NCBI RefSeq assembly: GCF_004212215.1
Contig: NZ_QVFV01000013.1
Coordinates: 21,030 to 45,029 of the forward strand
DNA from: Leptolyngbya iicbica LK
GTDB lineage: Bacteria > Cyanobacteriota > Cyanobacteriia > Phormidesmidales > Phormidesmidaceae
Length of the DNA: 24,000 nucleotides
Direction of reading: 5' to 3'
Every line of letters starts with the position of its first letter. Position 1 is the first letter of the stretch. Shown in pieces: positions 1 to 9,213 of the stretch. Both the position numbers and the translations under genes were made by a program. The notes under the pieces were generated by a model. It was not told the origin of the DNA. It did not search any database and saw nothing but the letters and a program-made list of their open reading frames with translations.

Positions 1-724
1 GCATGCGCACATCCGCTGGGATGTCGTCTTGCTTGGTGGCACCCACCAAGGGATGGAGGAAGAGACCATCCACAATTTCTAAAGCGCACTTTTGAATATA
101 TTCGTGGGCGCGATGGATAGGATTACGGGTCTGAAAGCCGACGACCGTTTGCCAACCGCGCTCGGCAAACATCACCCGCGAGACGGCTGGGTCAATTTGA
201 TATTTCGGGAACAGAGGATGGGGATCACGCTCTAGCAGCCAGACCGGGCCAGCCAAGTTCACCTCGCCCTGGTCATAGACGACTTTAACGCCAGGGTGCT
301 TTTCTTCGTCGGTACGATAAACGTTGATCGCTTCTTTTTGCTTGTCGTAGGCGTATTTTTCAGTCAGTTCCAAGACACCAACAAAGCGTCCGGCACTGTC
401 ATCCAACCGAACTTTCGTGCCTTCGGTGAGGGAGTCGGCGATCGTCGCTTCGACCGACAGCGTCACGGGGATCGCCCAGGGTAGGCCATTAGCCAGCCGC
501 ATATCAGTAACGACGGTGTCGTAATCAGCGCGCCCCAAAAATCCTTCTAACGGACTAAAGCCGCCGATCGCAATCATCACCAAATCAGAGACCGCTCGTT
601 CATCGAGGGTGATGCGGGGCATCGTGTCGCCAGCTTCTAAAAAAGCTTCTCGTTGCTCAGGGGTGGCGATGCGATGCACCAAGGTGCCACCGTGGGCGGC
701 GTTAATGTCCAGGGATGTAGTCAA
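1..724 (-). CDS. sat: Sulfate adenylyltransferase (ATP sulfurylase), N-terminal part; gene runs off the left edge
   Basis: Reverse-strand translation gives (M)[18 protein letters not shown]...[18 protein letters not shown]...[49 protein letters not shown]. The QTRNPxHRAHE nucleotide-binding motif is typical of ATP sulfurylase. The likely start is TTG at 724-722. The gene is absent from the ORF track because it is truncated and has a non-ATG start. Confidence 0.9.
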   Translation of the reverse strand, partial: MTTSLDINAAHGGTLVHRIATPEQREAFLEAGDTMPRITLDERAVSDLVMIAIGGFSPLEGFLGRADYDTVVTDMRLANGLPWAIPVTLSVEATIADSLTEGTKVRLDDSAGRFVGVLELTEKYAYDKQKEAINVYRTDEEKHPGVKVVYDQGEVNLAGPVWLLERDPHPLFPKYQIDPAVSRVMFAERGWQTVVGFQTRNPIHRAHEYIQKCALEIVDGLFLHPLVGATKQDDIPADVRM

Positions 725-824
725 AATACGAACCTCTCAAACTGCTAAACGGACTTGTCCAGTATTCCCAATGCCGCCCGCTGAGTCCGGTGACATCAGG
801 AAAGAACCGGGAATCTTGGCAGCG

Positions 825-1952
825 CTAGGTCGGAGCACTCGCTTGCGCCAGCGCGGCATCTACCCGGGCTTGCACTGGCAGCGGCTCAATGATGCCGCCC
901 CCAAGAACGCGATCGCCGTCATACCAAACGGCCGCCTGCCCCGGGGTGACACCAAATTGCGGCTCGGCAAATACCAGCTGCACGCGTGCGCCCTCGGTCT
1001 CAGAGGCCGCGCTTAGCGGTACCAGCGTGGCTGGCACCGCCGTTGAGCGATAACGAATCTGTACGGTGACCGAGAGGGGCTCCGTGGGGGGCGCTGCCGA
1101 TACCCAGTTTACGCGGTGAACGGTACAGTCTGGATAGTGAACGCTCGCGCGATCGCCCACAATCACCTGGTTGCGACCAACATCTAGGGCGACGACGTAG
1201 AGTGGGTACGCCGCAGCGACGCCCAATCCTTTGCGTTGACCGATCGTATAGTTGTGTACCCCTGTATGGCGCCCCAAAATCCGCCCTTGGGTATCCACAA
1301 TATCTCCCGGTTTTGGCGCTAAATACTTCTCTAAAAACTGTCCCATGGAGCCATGATGCTCAATCAGGCACAAATCCTGGCTTTCGGGCTTGGCAGCGGT
1401 GTGCAGACCAAATTGCTCGGCCATTTGGCGCGTCTCCGCTTTGGTCTGCTCGCCCAACGGAAAGTGCAGCGAGCCCAACATCTCTTGGGTTAAATCGTAC
1501 AGAAAGTAAGACTGGTCTTTGTTGCGATCAACGGCGCGCAACAGCTCATAGCGCTGAGTCGTTTCGTTAAACCGCACCCGCGCATAGTGCCCCGTGGCGA
1601 TCGCCTCGGCCCCCAACTCGCGCCGGGCATAGTCCAACATCGGGCCAAACTTCACCGTGCGGTTACATTGCGAGCACGGTAGAGGAGTCACCCCAGCCTG
1701 ATACCCCTCGACCAAGTAATCCACAATATTGGCTTGAAAGGTATCGCGGCTATCCACAATGTGATGGGGCACCCCCAACTCTTCACAGAGTTGCGCCGCA
1801 TCTACCATCCCTTCTGAACAACATTGCCCCTTGCCTTTCATCAGCCACAGGGTCAGTCCGATCACCTCATGACCTTGATGATGCAATGTTGCGGCAGCCA
1901 CTGAACTATCGACCCCACCAGAGAGGCCCACAACAATTTTGCTCATCTTCAA
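825..1952 (-). CDS. mnmA: tRNA-specific 2-thiouridylase MnmA
   Basis: 375 aa with the PP-loop motif [12 protein letters not shown], plus [12 protein letters not shown], GHYAR and DKSQSYFLY, all typical of MnmA/TrmU. Confidence 0.95.
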   Translation of the reverse strand: MKMSKIVVGLSGGVDSSVAAATLHHQGHEVIGLTLWLMKGKGQCCSEGMVDAAQLCEELGVPHHIVDSRDTFQANIVDYLVEGYQAGVTPLPCSQCNRTVKFGPMLDYARRELGAEAIATGHYARVRFNETTQRYELLRAVDRNKDQSYFLYDLTQEMLGSLHFPLGEQTKAETRQMAEQFGLHTAAKPESQDLCLIEHHGSMGQFLEKYLAPKPGDIVDTQGRILGRHTGVHNYTIGQRKGLGVAAAYPLYVVALDVGRNQVIVGDRASVHYPDCTVHRVNWVSAAPPTEPLSVTVQIRYRSTAVPATLVPLSAASETEGARVQLVFAEPQFGVTPGQAAVWYDGDRVLGGGIIEPLPVQARVDAALAQASAPT

Positions 1953-2090
1953 AAAAGTCTGGAATTTTTCTATGAATGTAACTATCCTAGGCTAGCATTC
2001 GCCTCGACTGTTCGTAGGAAGGCCGAGGTCAGCTCATGGCTTATCTGTGACATCGCCCTCTAGCCCTCAGCTCTTAGCTGATCACGTCTT

Positions 2091-3044
2091 ATGAAATCAC
2101 ATTCTGCTCATTGGTCAAATGCAATGGTCACTTCCCGGTTTCGGCAGTGGTGTCGGCCACGTCTATCCGGGCTACCGATCGCCTGCTTGCTAGGCGGCGG
2201 CTTGGGATTGGCGATCGCTTTACCGAGTGTCGCCGCTACCTTGACCGCGCCGGAAGGGGTGACGGATGGGGCGATCGCTCAAGCCCTGCCCACCCCCTTG
2301 CCCCCACTGCCAACGAATAGCGGCGTCGCGCCCACCTCGGGAGATCAATATTTAGTGCTCGTTAACGGCAGTAGCGATCTGTTACTGCAGCAGGTGCGGC
2401 AAGTCGAGCCCGGGGCATTTGTAAATTTTGTTGATGGCCAGTCAGTGATCCAAGCTGGACGCTTCAACTCCTATGAAAATGCACAATATCGAGCGAATGA
2501 ATTAGCCGGCTTTGGCATCACTGCCGATGTCCAAAGCACCGACTATGCCAGTGCCCCCATCGCAGTTACCCCACCGTCTGATTACAGTTTGGCTTACCCC
2601 GCAACGGGTCAAGGGGTTGCCCAACCCTTTCCTAGCAACACGGTAGCCGCCACCCCTTCGACCATCGAATTTGGTCAGGCGGCCCCGTTTGGTTCTGCGG
2701 CCCCCACTTCGGCTGCAGCTTTTCCACCCTCCCCGTCAAACGTCAGTTATCCCAGCGGGCCGCCCACGGGCGCAACGCCGCCGCCGCTCACAACTCCTGC
2801 AGTTGTGCAAGGCAACTTAGCATCGGGCTACTACGTTGTGGTACCAGGGAGCTCGATTGAACTGCAACAGCTCGCAAATCAAATTGTGTCTTTAGGCGCA
2901 CCCAGCGTATTAGTGCAATCGCGCACTGCACCGCGTGGTCCTCATGTAGCGGTGGGACCTTATGGCGATTACGACATCGCTCAAGAATGGAATAACTATC
3001 TGCGCGATTCGGGCATTGCGGGTGCGCGGGTGCATTTTCAGTAA
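2091..3044 (+). CDS. Secreted hypothetical protein with two SPOR-like segments separated by a Pro/Ala/Thr-rich linker
   Basis: 317 aa with an N-terminal hydrophobic segment (IACLLGGGLGLAIALPSVAATL). Two related segments, YLVLVNGSSDLLLQQVRQVEPGAFVNF...GRFNSYENAQYRANELAGFGITADV and YYVVVPGSSIELQQLANQIVSLGAPSVLV...GPYGDYDIAQEWNNYLRDSGIAGARV, resemble SPOR folds. Confidence 0.65.
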   Translation: MKSHSAHWSNAMVTSRFRQWCRPRLSGLPIACLLGGGLGLAIALPSVAATLTAPEGVTDGAIAQALPTPLPPLPTNSGVAPTSGDQYLVLVNGSSDLLLQQVRQVEPGAFVNFVDGQSVIQAGRFNSYENAQYRANELAGFGITADVQSTDYASAPIAVTPPSDYSLAYPATGQGVAQPFPSNTVAATPSTIEFGQAAPFGSAAPTSAAAFPPSPSNVSYPSGPPTGATPPPLTTPAVVQGNLASGYYVVVPGSSIELQQLANQIVSLGAPSVLVQSRTAPRGPHVAVGPYGDYDIAQEWNNYLRDSGIAGARVHFQ

Positions 3045-3167
3045 ATGCCTTTGCTCCCAGTACTAGCAGCGATCGCCGCGCGAGTAACTCGGGACTGAGT
3101 CACAATTTCGGATAGCCGCGTCCCAATTGCATAGGTATTGAATACGGAATCAGATTGCCTAAACATT

Positions 3168-3205
3168 AGGCCCTATGGACGAAGATGCTCGTAGGGCCTT
3201 TATTA
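3168..3205 (+). terminator. Candidate intrinsic terminator downstream of the SPOR-like gene
   Basis: Perfect 8-bp inverted repeat AGGCCCTA (3168-3175) / TAGGGCCT (3192-3199), followed by TTTATTATT. Confidence 0.5.
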
Positions 3206-3315
3206 TTGCCAGCGCTGGGCTGCTGCTGCCATCAGTCTGGGCAACCATCCATATCAGACACCTTGACCGAGTGAAATCGTTGAAATCATTTAGATAGTCC
3301 ATTAGCCAAGCCATC

Positions 3316-4920
3316 ATGATGCATTCCCCACTGCGCGACCAGCCAGACTTTGCCTCCTCGGTGATTGTCACGGCCCAGCAAATGCAAGCCGTGGAAGCAA
3401 CGATCTTTGCCGAAGGGATGCCCGTAGCAGCGCTCATGGAAAAGGTGGCAGGCAAAGTCGCCCGGTGGATTATGCAGCACTTTCCCCGCGATCGCTTTCC
3501 TCTAGTTGGGTGCATTGTGGGACCGGGGCATAACGGTGGGGATGCGTTGGTCGTCGCCCGCGAGCTTCATCATCGCGGCTATCAAATGCTTATCTGGTAT
3601 CCCTTCGCCCAAGTGAAAGAACTCACCGCCCAACACAAAGCCTATTTGGAATATTTAGGCGTCCGGTTTACCCAGGCGAGTGAGGAGCTGAATTTTTGCG
3701 ATCTGCTCATCGACGGGGGATTTGGGTTAGGGCTGACACGCCCCTTGACAGGAGAACTCGCGACGGGCATCCGCACCTTGAACACCGGCACCGTGCCCGT
3801 CGTCAGTATCGACCTGCCCTCGGGCTTGGAAAGCAATACCGGGGAAGTATTAGGCGTCGCGGTGCAGGCCACGCATACCCTTTGCCTGGGCCTCTGGAAA
3901 CTGGGATTACTGCAAGATCGAGCGCAACCCTGGGTGGGACAGTGTCACTTGATCCCGTTTGATGTGCCGCTAACAGCGCTCCAACCCGCCTTGCAGGATC
4001 AGCCGCCGCCCTGCTGCTTGACTGCCGCTGCCGCGATCGCCCGCCTGCCCTTGCCGCGATCGCCCATTGCCCATAAATACACCGCAGGCCATGCCCTGCT
4101 CATTGCGGGATCACGGCAATATGCCGGGGCGGCCCTGTTGGCCGCCCAAGGCGCGCTCGCCAGCGGGGTCGGTATGCTCACCCTCGTTGTGCCGGAGAGT
4201 TTGCGACTTATGGTGGTGAGCCAACTCCCCGAAGCCTTGGTCATTGGGGCGACTGAAACTGCCCAGGGAGCGATCGCCGCACTGCCCGATGATTGGGAAT
4301 GGGATCGCTACGATGTCGTGGCTTGCGGGCCTGGACTAACCATAGATGCGGCCTCCGTAGTGAAGGCGGTGTTGCAGAGCGATCGCCCCCTCGTGCTGGA
4401 TGCTGACGGCTTGAACAGCTTGGCACAAGAGGATGATCCCAAGGGTCGATTAGCCGCTCGTACAGCACCCACGCTCCTGACGCCTCACGTGGGTGAATTT
4501 CGGCGGCTCTTTCCCCAACCGTGGCAAGCTGCCGCATCCCCTAGCTTGGCCGCCAGTCAAGCCGCGATCGCGGCCCACTCTACCCTCATTCTCAAAGGGG
4601 CCATTAGTGCGATCGCCCATGCGGATGGTCAATTGTGGTTCAACCCTGACAGCAGTGCAGCCCTAGCCCGAGGCGGCAGCGGCGATGTGTTGACGGGGCT
4701 GGTCACGGGGCTCGCCGCGCAACTGGCACAAACCGCAGTCACCGACACGATGCTACTGGATGCCGCGATCGCGGCAGTGTGGTGGCATGCACAAACCGGC
4801 CGCGCCATTGCGGCTCAACAGACAGAGCTCGGGTGCCCAGCTAGCGAGTTGGCCAAACAGTTACCGCGAGTGCTAGCCGAGCAACTCCAAACCGCTAACG
4901 CCACGGCTCCAGTGTGGTAG
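3316..4920 (+). CDS. nnr: Bifunctional NAD(P)H-hydrate repair enzyme (epimerase plus ADP-dependent dehydratase)
   Basis: 534 aa. The N-terminal YjeF_N-like domain has VGPGHNGGDALVVAR and IDLPSGLESNTG. The C-terminal carbohydrate-kinase-like domain has HKYTAGHALLIAGSRQYAGAALLAAQGALASGVGMLTL, LTPHVGEFRRLF and ARGGSGDVLTGLVTGL. Confidence 0.93.
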   Translation: MMHSPLRDQPDFASSVIVTAQQMQAVEATIFAEGMPVAALMEKVAGKVARWIMQHFPRDRFPLVGCIVGPGHNGGDALVVARELHHRGYQMLIWYPFAQVKELTAQHKAYLEYLGVRFTQASEELNFCDLLIDGGFGLGLTRPLTGELATGIRTLNTGTVPVVSIDLPSGLESNTGEVLGVAVQATHTLCLGLWKLGLLQDRAQPWVGQCHLIPFDVPLTALQPALQDQPPPCCLTAAAAIARLPLPRSPIAHKYTAGHALLIAGSRQYAGAALLAAQGALASGVGMLTLVVPESLRLMVVSQLPEALVIGATETAQGAIAALPDDWEWDRYDVVACGPGLTIDAASVVKAVLQSDRPLVLDADGLNSLAQEDDPKGRLAARTAPTLLTPHVGEFRRLFPQPWQAAASPSLAASQAAIAAHSTLILKGAISAIAHADGQLWFNPDSSAALARGGSGDVLTGLVTGLAAQLAQTAVTDTMLLDAAIAAVWWHAQTGRAIAAQQTELGCPASELAKQLPRVLAEQLQTANATAPVW

Positions 4921-5857
4921 TCGGCGATCGATGGAAGCATCAAGTTGCGGCGGCGATCGGGGCCTGAACCGTGATCGGTCAATGAACGGTTGGGCCGCCG
5001 AGCACATGCCATGAGTCCAGTACCAGCGGGATACTTTGCTTGCGTCCCCGCACCTGGGCAGGACCTTAGCGTCATAGGACTGGATGCTACTGGGGATCAC
5101 GGAGCTCACACGTATAGATATGACCGACCATAGCCAGTGCTCCTTACTCAACTGAGTCATCGCCAGTCGCCCCCAACGGTTTCTATATTGGGAGTGCAAA
5201 CGCTTATCGGAAAGGCGATTGGGTCAACAGCAGTAATCAGCTCAAGTTTCCTAAAACTGCAATCTTTCCGGACGAAGCATGTGCTAAAAGTAATACAGAT
5301 TTAAGTTGCTCCTATAAGTCACCCCTCAGCTAATTCTGACTGTTTGCGATAGCAATTCACTGCATCTGCGGCATGGTTATGAAGACTCCGACCCACTCGT
5401 GAGTACATCATCGTCAAGAGCGCCGACGGCAACTACAGATGAATGCATTGCACTAGCTGACTTCATCGGCATCAAACCGGACTCTCATCGGCGGCTTCAG
5501 ACAATTATCGAGCAATCACGATGCCGATAGTGAAGTCAGCACTAGCCGTTAGAAATGACCGCAAGCAGTAAGTGCTAGACGTTTGGATGTCAGGTCTGGG
5601 GGAGTCATCACCCTGAGGCATGGCGTCTTCAAGCCAATTTTGGGACGATAAACTGCCGTAGATCGATAAGGACGTGGTAAACCAGCTGGTTACTGCTGTT
5701 GGGCAGACCGATCGCGATCGCTGGCTGGGCGACATCCTTCGCGGCTGTGAGCAACTTAGCGGCCCCGAGTTTTGCCCCCTGCAGAACTCATCTTCGTTTA
5801 CTAACCGGATCTGCAACCCCAGTGAGGGCTGCAGTCCAGGCACTAAGGATCTCTCCG

Positions 5858-6520
5858 ATGCAGACAGGATTTTCGTTATCAACTATTGGCTTCGCCGGAC
5901 TATTAGTCGGCAGCTTGGGATTAGCAGGCTGTCCATCATTGCACCGGCTCGCAGAGTCACCGTCATCGTCAGCACAGGCGTTACCCGTGGTGCAGTCGGG
6001 ACCCACTCAAGTGGCGATCGCGACGGCCCCCCCCACCGCGATCGCCTACGACATTTGTGGCGAGATCGACGATTGGCAACGTCCCAGTCTCGAAGAACAG
6101 ACGACCGCCCTGCAGGAAAATCCCCGTTACGGCGAAGCCTTGGCCACGGAACCGCTGCAAAGCCTGTTTGAAAAGTTTTGGCATGAATCGCTGATCACCT
6201 TTACGACCTATGGTTTAAGCGCCCGCACGGAACCGATCTACCTGAGTGGCGTTTGGACGGGGATCGATGAAATGTCGGCCTGTTATGAGGGCGATCGCCC
6301 CACCGCCATCAACGCGGGTGAGCGCGCCGAAATGTGGTTAATCGGCTATCAAGTCGTCGATTTCACCTGGACGGGCGACCAGTATCAAATGACGGTTGAA
6401 CCCACCACCACTGGACTGCGCTTTCTCCAATTTGAGCGAGTTGAGAGTGCCGCCACATTACCGCTCGTGGTGCTAGAAAACACCGGGGCAACGCTCACAG
6501 TCGCGACCGGCGATTGGTAA
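5858..6520 (+). CDS. Hypothetical lipoprotein
   Basis: The ORF track starts at 5699, but the ATG at 5858 gives MQTGFSLSTIGFAGLLVGSLGLAGCPSL, a clean lipoprotein signal peptide with an LAGC lipobox. I do not recognise the rest of the protein. Confidence 0.6.
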   Translation: MQTGFSLSTIGFAGLLVGSLGLAGCPSLHRLAESPSSSAQALPVVQSGPTQVAIATAPPTAIAYDICGEIDDWQRPSLEEQTTALQENPRYGEALATEPLQSLFEKFWHESLITFTTYGLSARTEPIYLSGVWTGIDEMSACYEGDRPTAINAGERAEMWLIGYQVVDFTWTGDQYQMTVEPTTTGLRFLQFERVESAATLPLVVLENTGATLTVATGDW

Positions 6521-6657
6521 GCCGCCACGGTGCTCGATGACGCCAGTGCCCAAAATCTCTGGCATTCTTCTATCGATTAGCGCTTGTCAGACCGGCGATC
6601 CCTTTGTGAAAGTGCAAGTGTGGCGCGATGAGTCACATTCGTAACTTCGAGGGAGCT

Positions 6658-7329
6658 ATGTTGAAGGTTATATTTTCTCGCCTAGCGCGACTACTGCTGG
6701 TCGCGATCGCTGGCCTGAGCCTACTGCTGGGATCGGTAGCTTGCAGCACGACAACGCCAGACGAGTTGCCCCAATTGGAATCTGTCACCGATAGTCTGAA
6801 GAAGCCTCAAGACCGCACTACTACTGACGCGGCCAGCGTTGAGGCGGCAGAAGACACCCTAGAAACCGTGAGTGACACCACCACTAAGGCGGCAAAAAAC
6901 GTTACCGAAGCGGCGACAGAGGCCGCTAAGGAAACCGTTAAAGAGACGACTGAGGAAGTGACCAAAGCCGCTAAAGAAGGTACTGCTGAGGTCAAAGATA
7001 GTGTCGAAGCGATCGCCCCGACTGAAGACCTCACGGATGCCGCAGCCGATGAGACATCTGAACTAGTCCAGACGGTTAAAGACACCGTACAAACAACCGA
7101 AGCCGCTCTAGAGCAAAAATTAGAAGATGAAAAAGCCTCCATTCAGCAAAAGTTAGAAGCAGCCAATGAAGAGGCGGCGGAAGCGCTGGAAGCAGAGTTA
7201 GAGCGCGCTGCGGCAGCATTTGACGAAGAACTCGATAAGGCCGAGTCTCAAATCGTCCCCGTTGCCGAGGATGTCGAGGATCTCGCCACTGACCAACTGA
7301 AAGCGGCCGAGACAGCGGTTGAGAAATAA
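6658..7329 (+). CDS. Lipoprotein with long low-complexity amphipathic helix (LEA/apolipoprotein-like composition)
   Basis: The track start is 6628. The ATG at 6658 gives MLKVIFSRLARLLLVAIAGLSLLLGSVACS, which has a lipobox. The mature part is Ala/Glu/Lys/Thr-rich with repeated TxxAAKxxTEAAxEAAKETVKETTEE-type stretches. Confidence 0.65.
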   Translation: MLKVIFSRLARLLLVAIAGLSLLLGSVACSTTTPDELPQLESVTDSLKKPQDRTTTDAASVEAAEDTLETVSDTTTKAAKNVTEAATEAAKETVKETTEEVTKAAKEGTAEVKDSVEAIAPTEDLTDAAADETSELVQTVKDTVQTTEAALEQKLEDEKASIQQKLEAANEEAAEALEAELERAAAAFDEELDKAESQIVPVAEDVEDLATDQLKAAETAVEK

Positions 7330-7452
7330 AAGCCAGGCTTATTTAGGGCACGTTCTAACTTGCCAAAGTCGCAGGAAATCAGCCCAGCGCCACGAGTCGC
7401 TGATCCATTCGTCAGGCCAAAACGGTTTCAAGACACGGTCGAGACCTCATCA

Positions 7453-7513
7453 GGGGACGGTGCCCTTGAGTTCCTCCTGAGAGTATTGGCTGATCCAATA
7501 GGGCACCGTCCCC
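7453..7513. repeat. Perfect 14-bp inverted repeat in the intergenic region upstream of tRNA-fMet
   Basis: GGGGACGGTGCCCT (7453-7466) and AGGGCACCGTCCCC (7500-7513), with a 33-nt loop that contains a second small hairpin, ATTGG-CTGAT-CCAAT (7485-7499). Confidence 0.8.
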
Positions 7514-7655
7514 AATGGCGGCTTATTTCATGGTTTGCGGTGTTGCGATCGCGCGATCAATCGATGAAATTAGATTGACCATCCCTGAATCCCAGGGACT
7601 TTTCCTAGAGCTGACGTAGAGAAAAAGAGCGATTTTTATTTCTTCGGCAATTTCA

Positions 7656-7685
7656 TTGTCGCAATTGAACTTTGTTCGCTATACT
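7656..7685 (+). promoter_or_regulatory. Candidate sigma70-type promoter for the initiator tRNA
   Basis: TTGTCG (7656-7661), an 18-nt spacer, then TATACT (7680-7685), about 12 nt upstream of the tRNA 5' end. Confidence 0.45.
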
Positions 7686-7696
7686 ACATAAGCCGA

Positions 7697-7773
<77 letters not shown>

Positions 7774-7784
7774 AATAAATGAAA

Positions 7785-7814
7785 GGCCCAGACAGATATC
7801 TGTCTGGGCTTTTT
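7785..7814 (+). terminator. Intrinsic terminator of tRNA-fMet
   Basis: Perfect 24-nt palindrome GCCCAGACAGATATCTGTCTGGGC (7786-7809), followed by TTTTT (7810-7814). Confidence 0.85.
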
Positions 7815-7879
7815 GCTGTCTGACGCTTTTATCGCCTTGTAGCTTTATTCATGCGGGCAGTCACCTTTAGTGAATCAAC

Positions 7880-9028
7880 CTAATCTGCGGTGGCAGATTG
7901 CATTTTCGAAGGCTGACCCTGCATCAGATGAACGATCGCCTGCTTTTCCAACAGCCCCAGCAGCTGACCATTCTCACGAATCACAGCTAGCACCGACAGC
8001 TTTTTCTCGTCTAACGTGCGGATGACCTCTAGCAGCGGTTGATCAGACTCAATCGTGGTCAGTGGTATGTCGGTCGACATCACTTCTGCGACACGGGTTG
8101 TGGCCCAGCGATCGCGGGGCGTCTCTTGCAGCGCGTCCATCGAGACCGTACCGACCAGCGCTCCCGTCTCATTCACCACAAGGAACTTGCGCCAGTTGCC
8201 ATGGGTATTAAGCACCACGTCATCGGCAAAAGTGCGCAGTGAAACGTCTTGAGCCACGATCGGGCTATCGCTAACTGTGGCATCTGCCGCCGTCAAACCT
8301 TCTAAGCGTTGCTGGACAGTCGCGGACTGCGCCGAGCGATTAGCATTACTCAGTAAAAACCAGCCAATCAACAGAGTCCACACGTTGCCGATGGGACTGA
8401 TCCCCGCGATGGCGGCAGCACCGATCGCAATGGCTAACCAACCCAGGACTTGACCGGCCCGACTCGCAAACGCCAATCCTTTGTAAGGATCATCTGTAAT
8501 CCGCCAGACAATCGCCTTCACGACGTTACCGCCGTCGAGGGGCAACCCTGGCAGCAAATTAAAAATTCCCAGCGCGAGGTTGATGTAAGCCAGCAAAGAC
8601 ACGATCGCGCCCAGTGGGCCGCTCAGTGCCAAGACTTGTCCCGCTGTGAACAGAGCAGCAAACAACAACAAACTCACTACCGGACCCGCGATCGCCACTT
8701 TGAACGCACCGCCAGGGCTATCAGATTCTTTTTCCAACGCCGCCAGTCCCCCAAAGAGAAACAGCGTAATGGAATTGACGCCAATGCCTTGACGTAGGGC
8801 GGCAAAACTGTGACCCAGTTCGTGAGCCAACACCGAACTAAAAAGCAAGAGGGCGGCAAACAAACCCAGTAACCAGGGAGTCGTCCCCGGTAATGCAGGA
8901 AAGGCGTCGGCCAAACCGCTGCCATAACTCCAAGTCACCAGGGCTAACACCAAAAACCAGGACACATTGAGATAGAAGGGTATCCCGAATAGGCTGCCCA
9001 CCCGTATATTGCCGTTCATATGGGGCAC
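7880..9028 (-). CDS. M50-family (site-2 protease-like) membrane metalloprotease with C-terminal CBS domain pair
   Basis: 382 aa with the zinc-binding HELGH motif (SSVLAHELGHSFAAL), the second M50 motif NLLPGLPLDGGNV, several TM segments, and a C-terminal CBS-like region. Confidence 0.9.
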   Translation of the reverse strand: MPHMNGNIRVGSLFGIPFYLNVSWFLVLALVTWSYGSGLADAFPALPGTTPWLLGLFAALLLFSSVLAHELGHSFAALRQGIGVNSITLFLFGGLAALEKESDSPGGAFKVAIAGPVVSLLLFAALFTAGQVLALSGPLGAIVSLLAYINLALGIFNLLPGLPLDGGNVVKAIVWRITDDPYKGLAFASRAGQVLGWLAIAIGAAAIAGISPIGNVWTLLIGWFLLSNANRSAQSATVQQRLEGLTAADATVSDSPIVAQDVSLRTFADDVVLNTHGNWRKFLVVNETGALVGTVSMDALQETPRDRWATTRVAEVMSTDIPLTTIESDQPLLEVIRTLDEKKLSVLAVIRENGQLLGLLEKQAIVHLMQGQPSKMQSATAD

Positions 9029-9213
9029 CTCAAATTTTCATCAGTGCGGCATAACCCCAAACAACTCGAAGTCATTCCGCGTTTATATCCCTATTGTAAC
9101 GAAAGGTTAAAATTCACTCCTCTTGCTGGAGCCGTAAAGTCCGAAGCAAACAGTTCGGTTTTGCCGATGTCTTAGCAGCACGCTGGTGCTGCACTATCCG
9201 GCATGGGATCAGT

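Noticed and set aside
609-1016. Plus-strand 135-aa ORF across the sat/mnmA junction
   Set aside because: Antisense to both genes and with no domain.
5674-6171. Plus-strand 165-aa ORF overlapping the lipoprotein in another frame
   Set aside because: No recognisable domain, and its C-terminal half is shadowed by the lipoprotein reading frame, which has a clear lipobox.
6807-7142. Minus-strand 111-aa ORF antisense to the helical lipoprotein
   Set aside because: Its Ser/Val/Ala-rich composition is what the reverse complement of the Ala/Glu/Thr repeats would give. The sense gene has a signal peptide and a better start.
8450-8797. Plus-strand 115-aa ORF antisense to the M50 protease
   Set aside because: Frame shadow with low-complexity Gln/Arg content and no domain.
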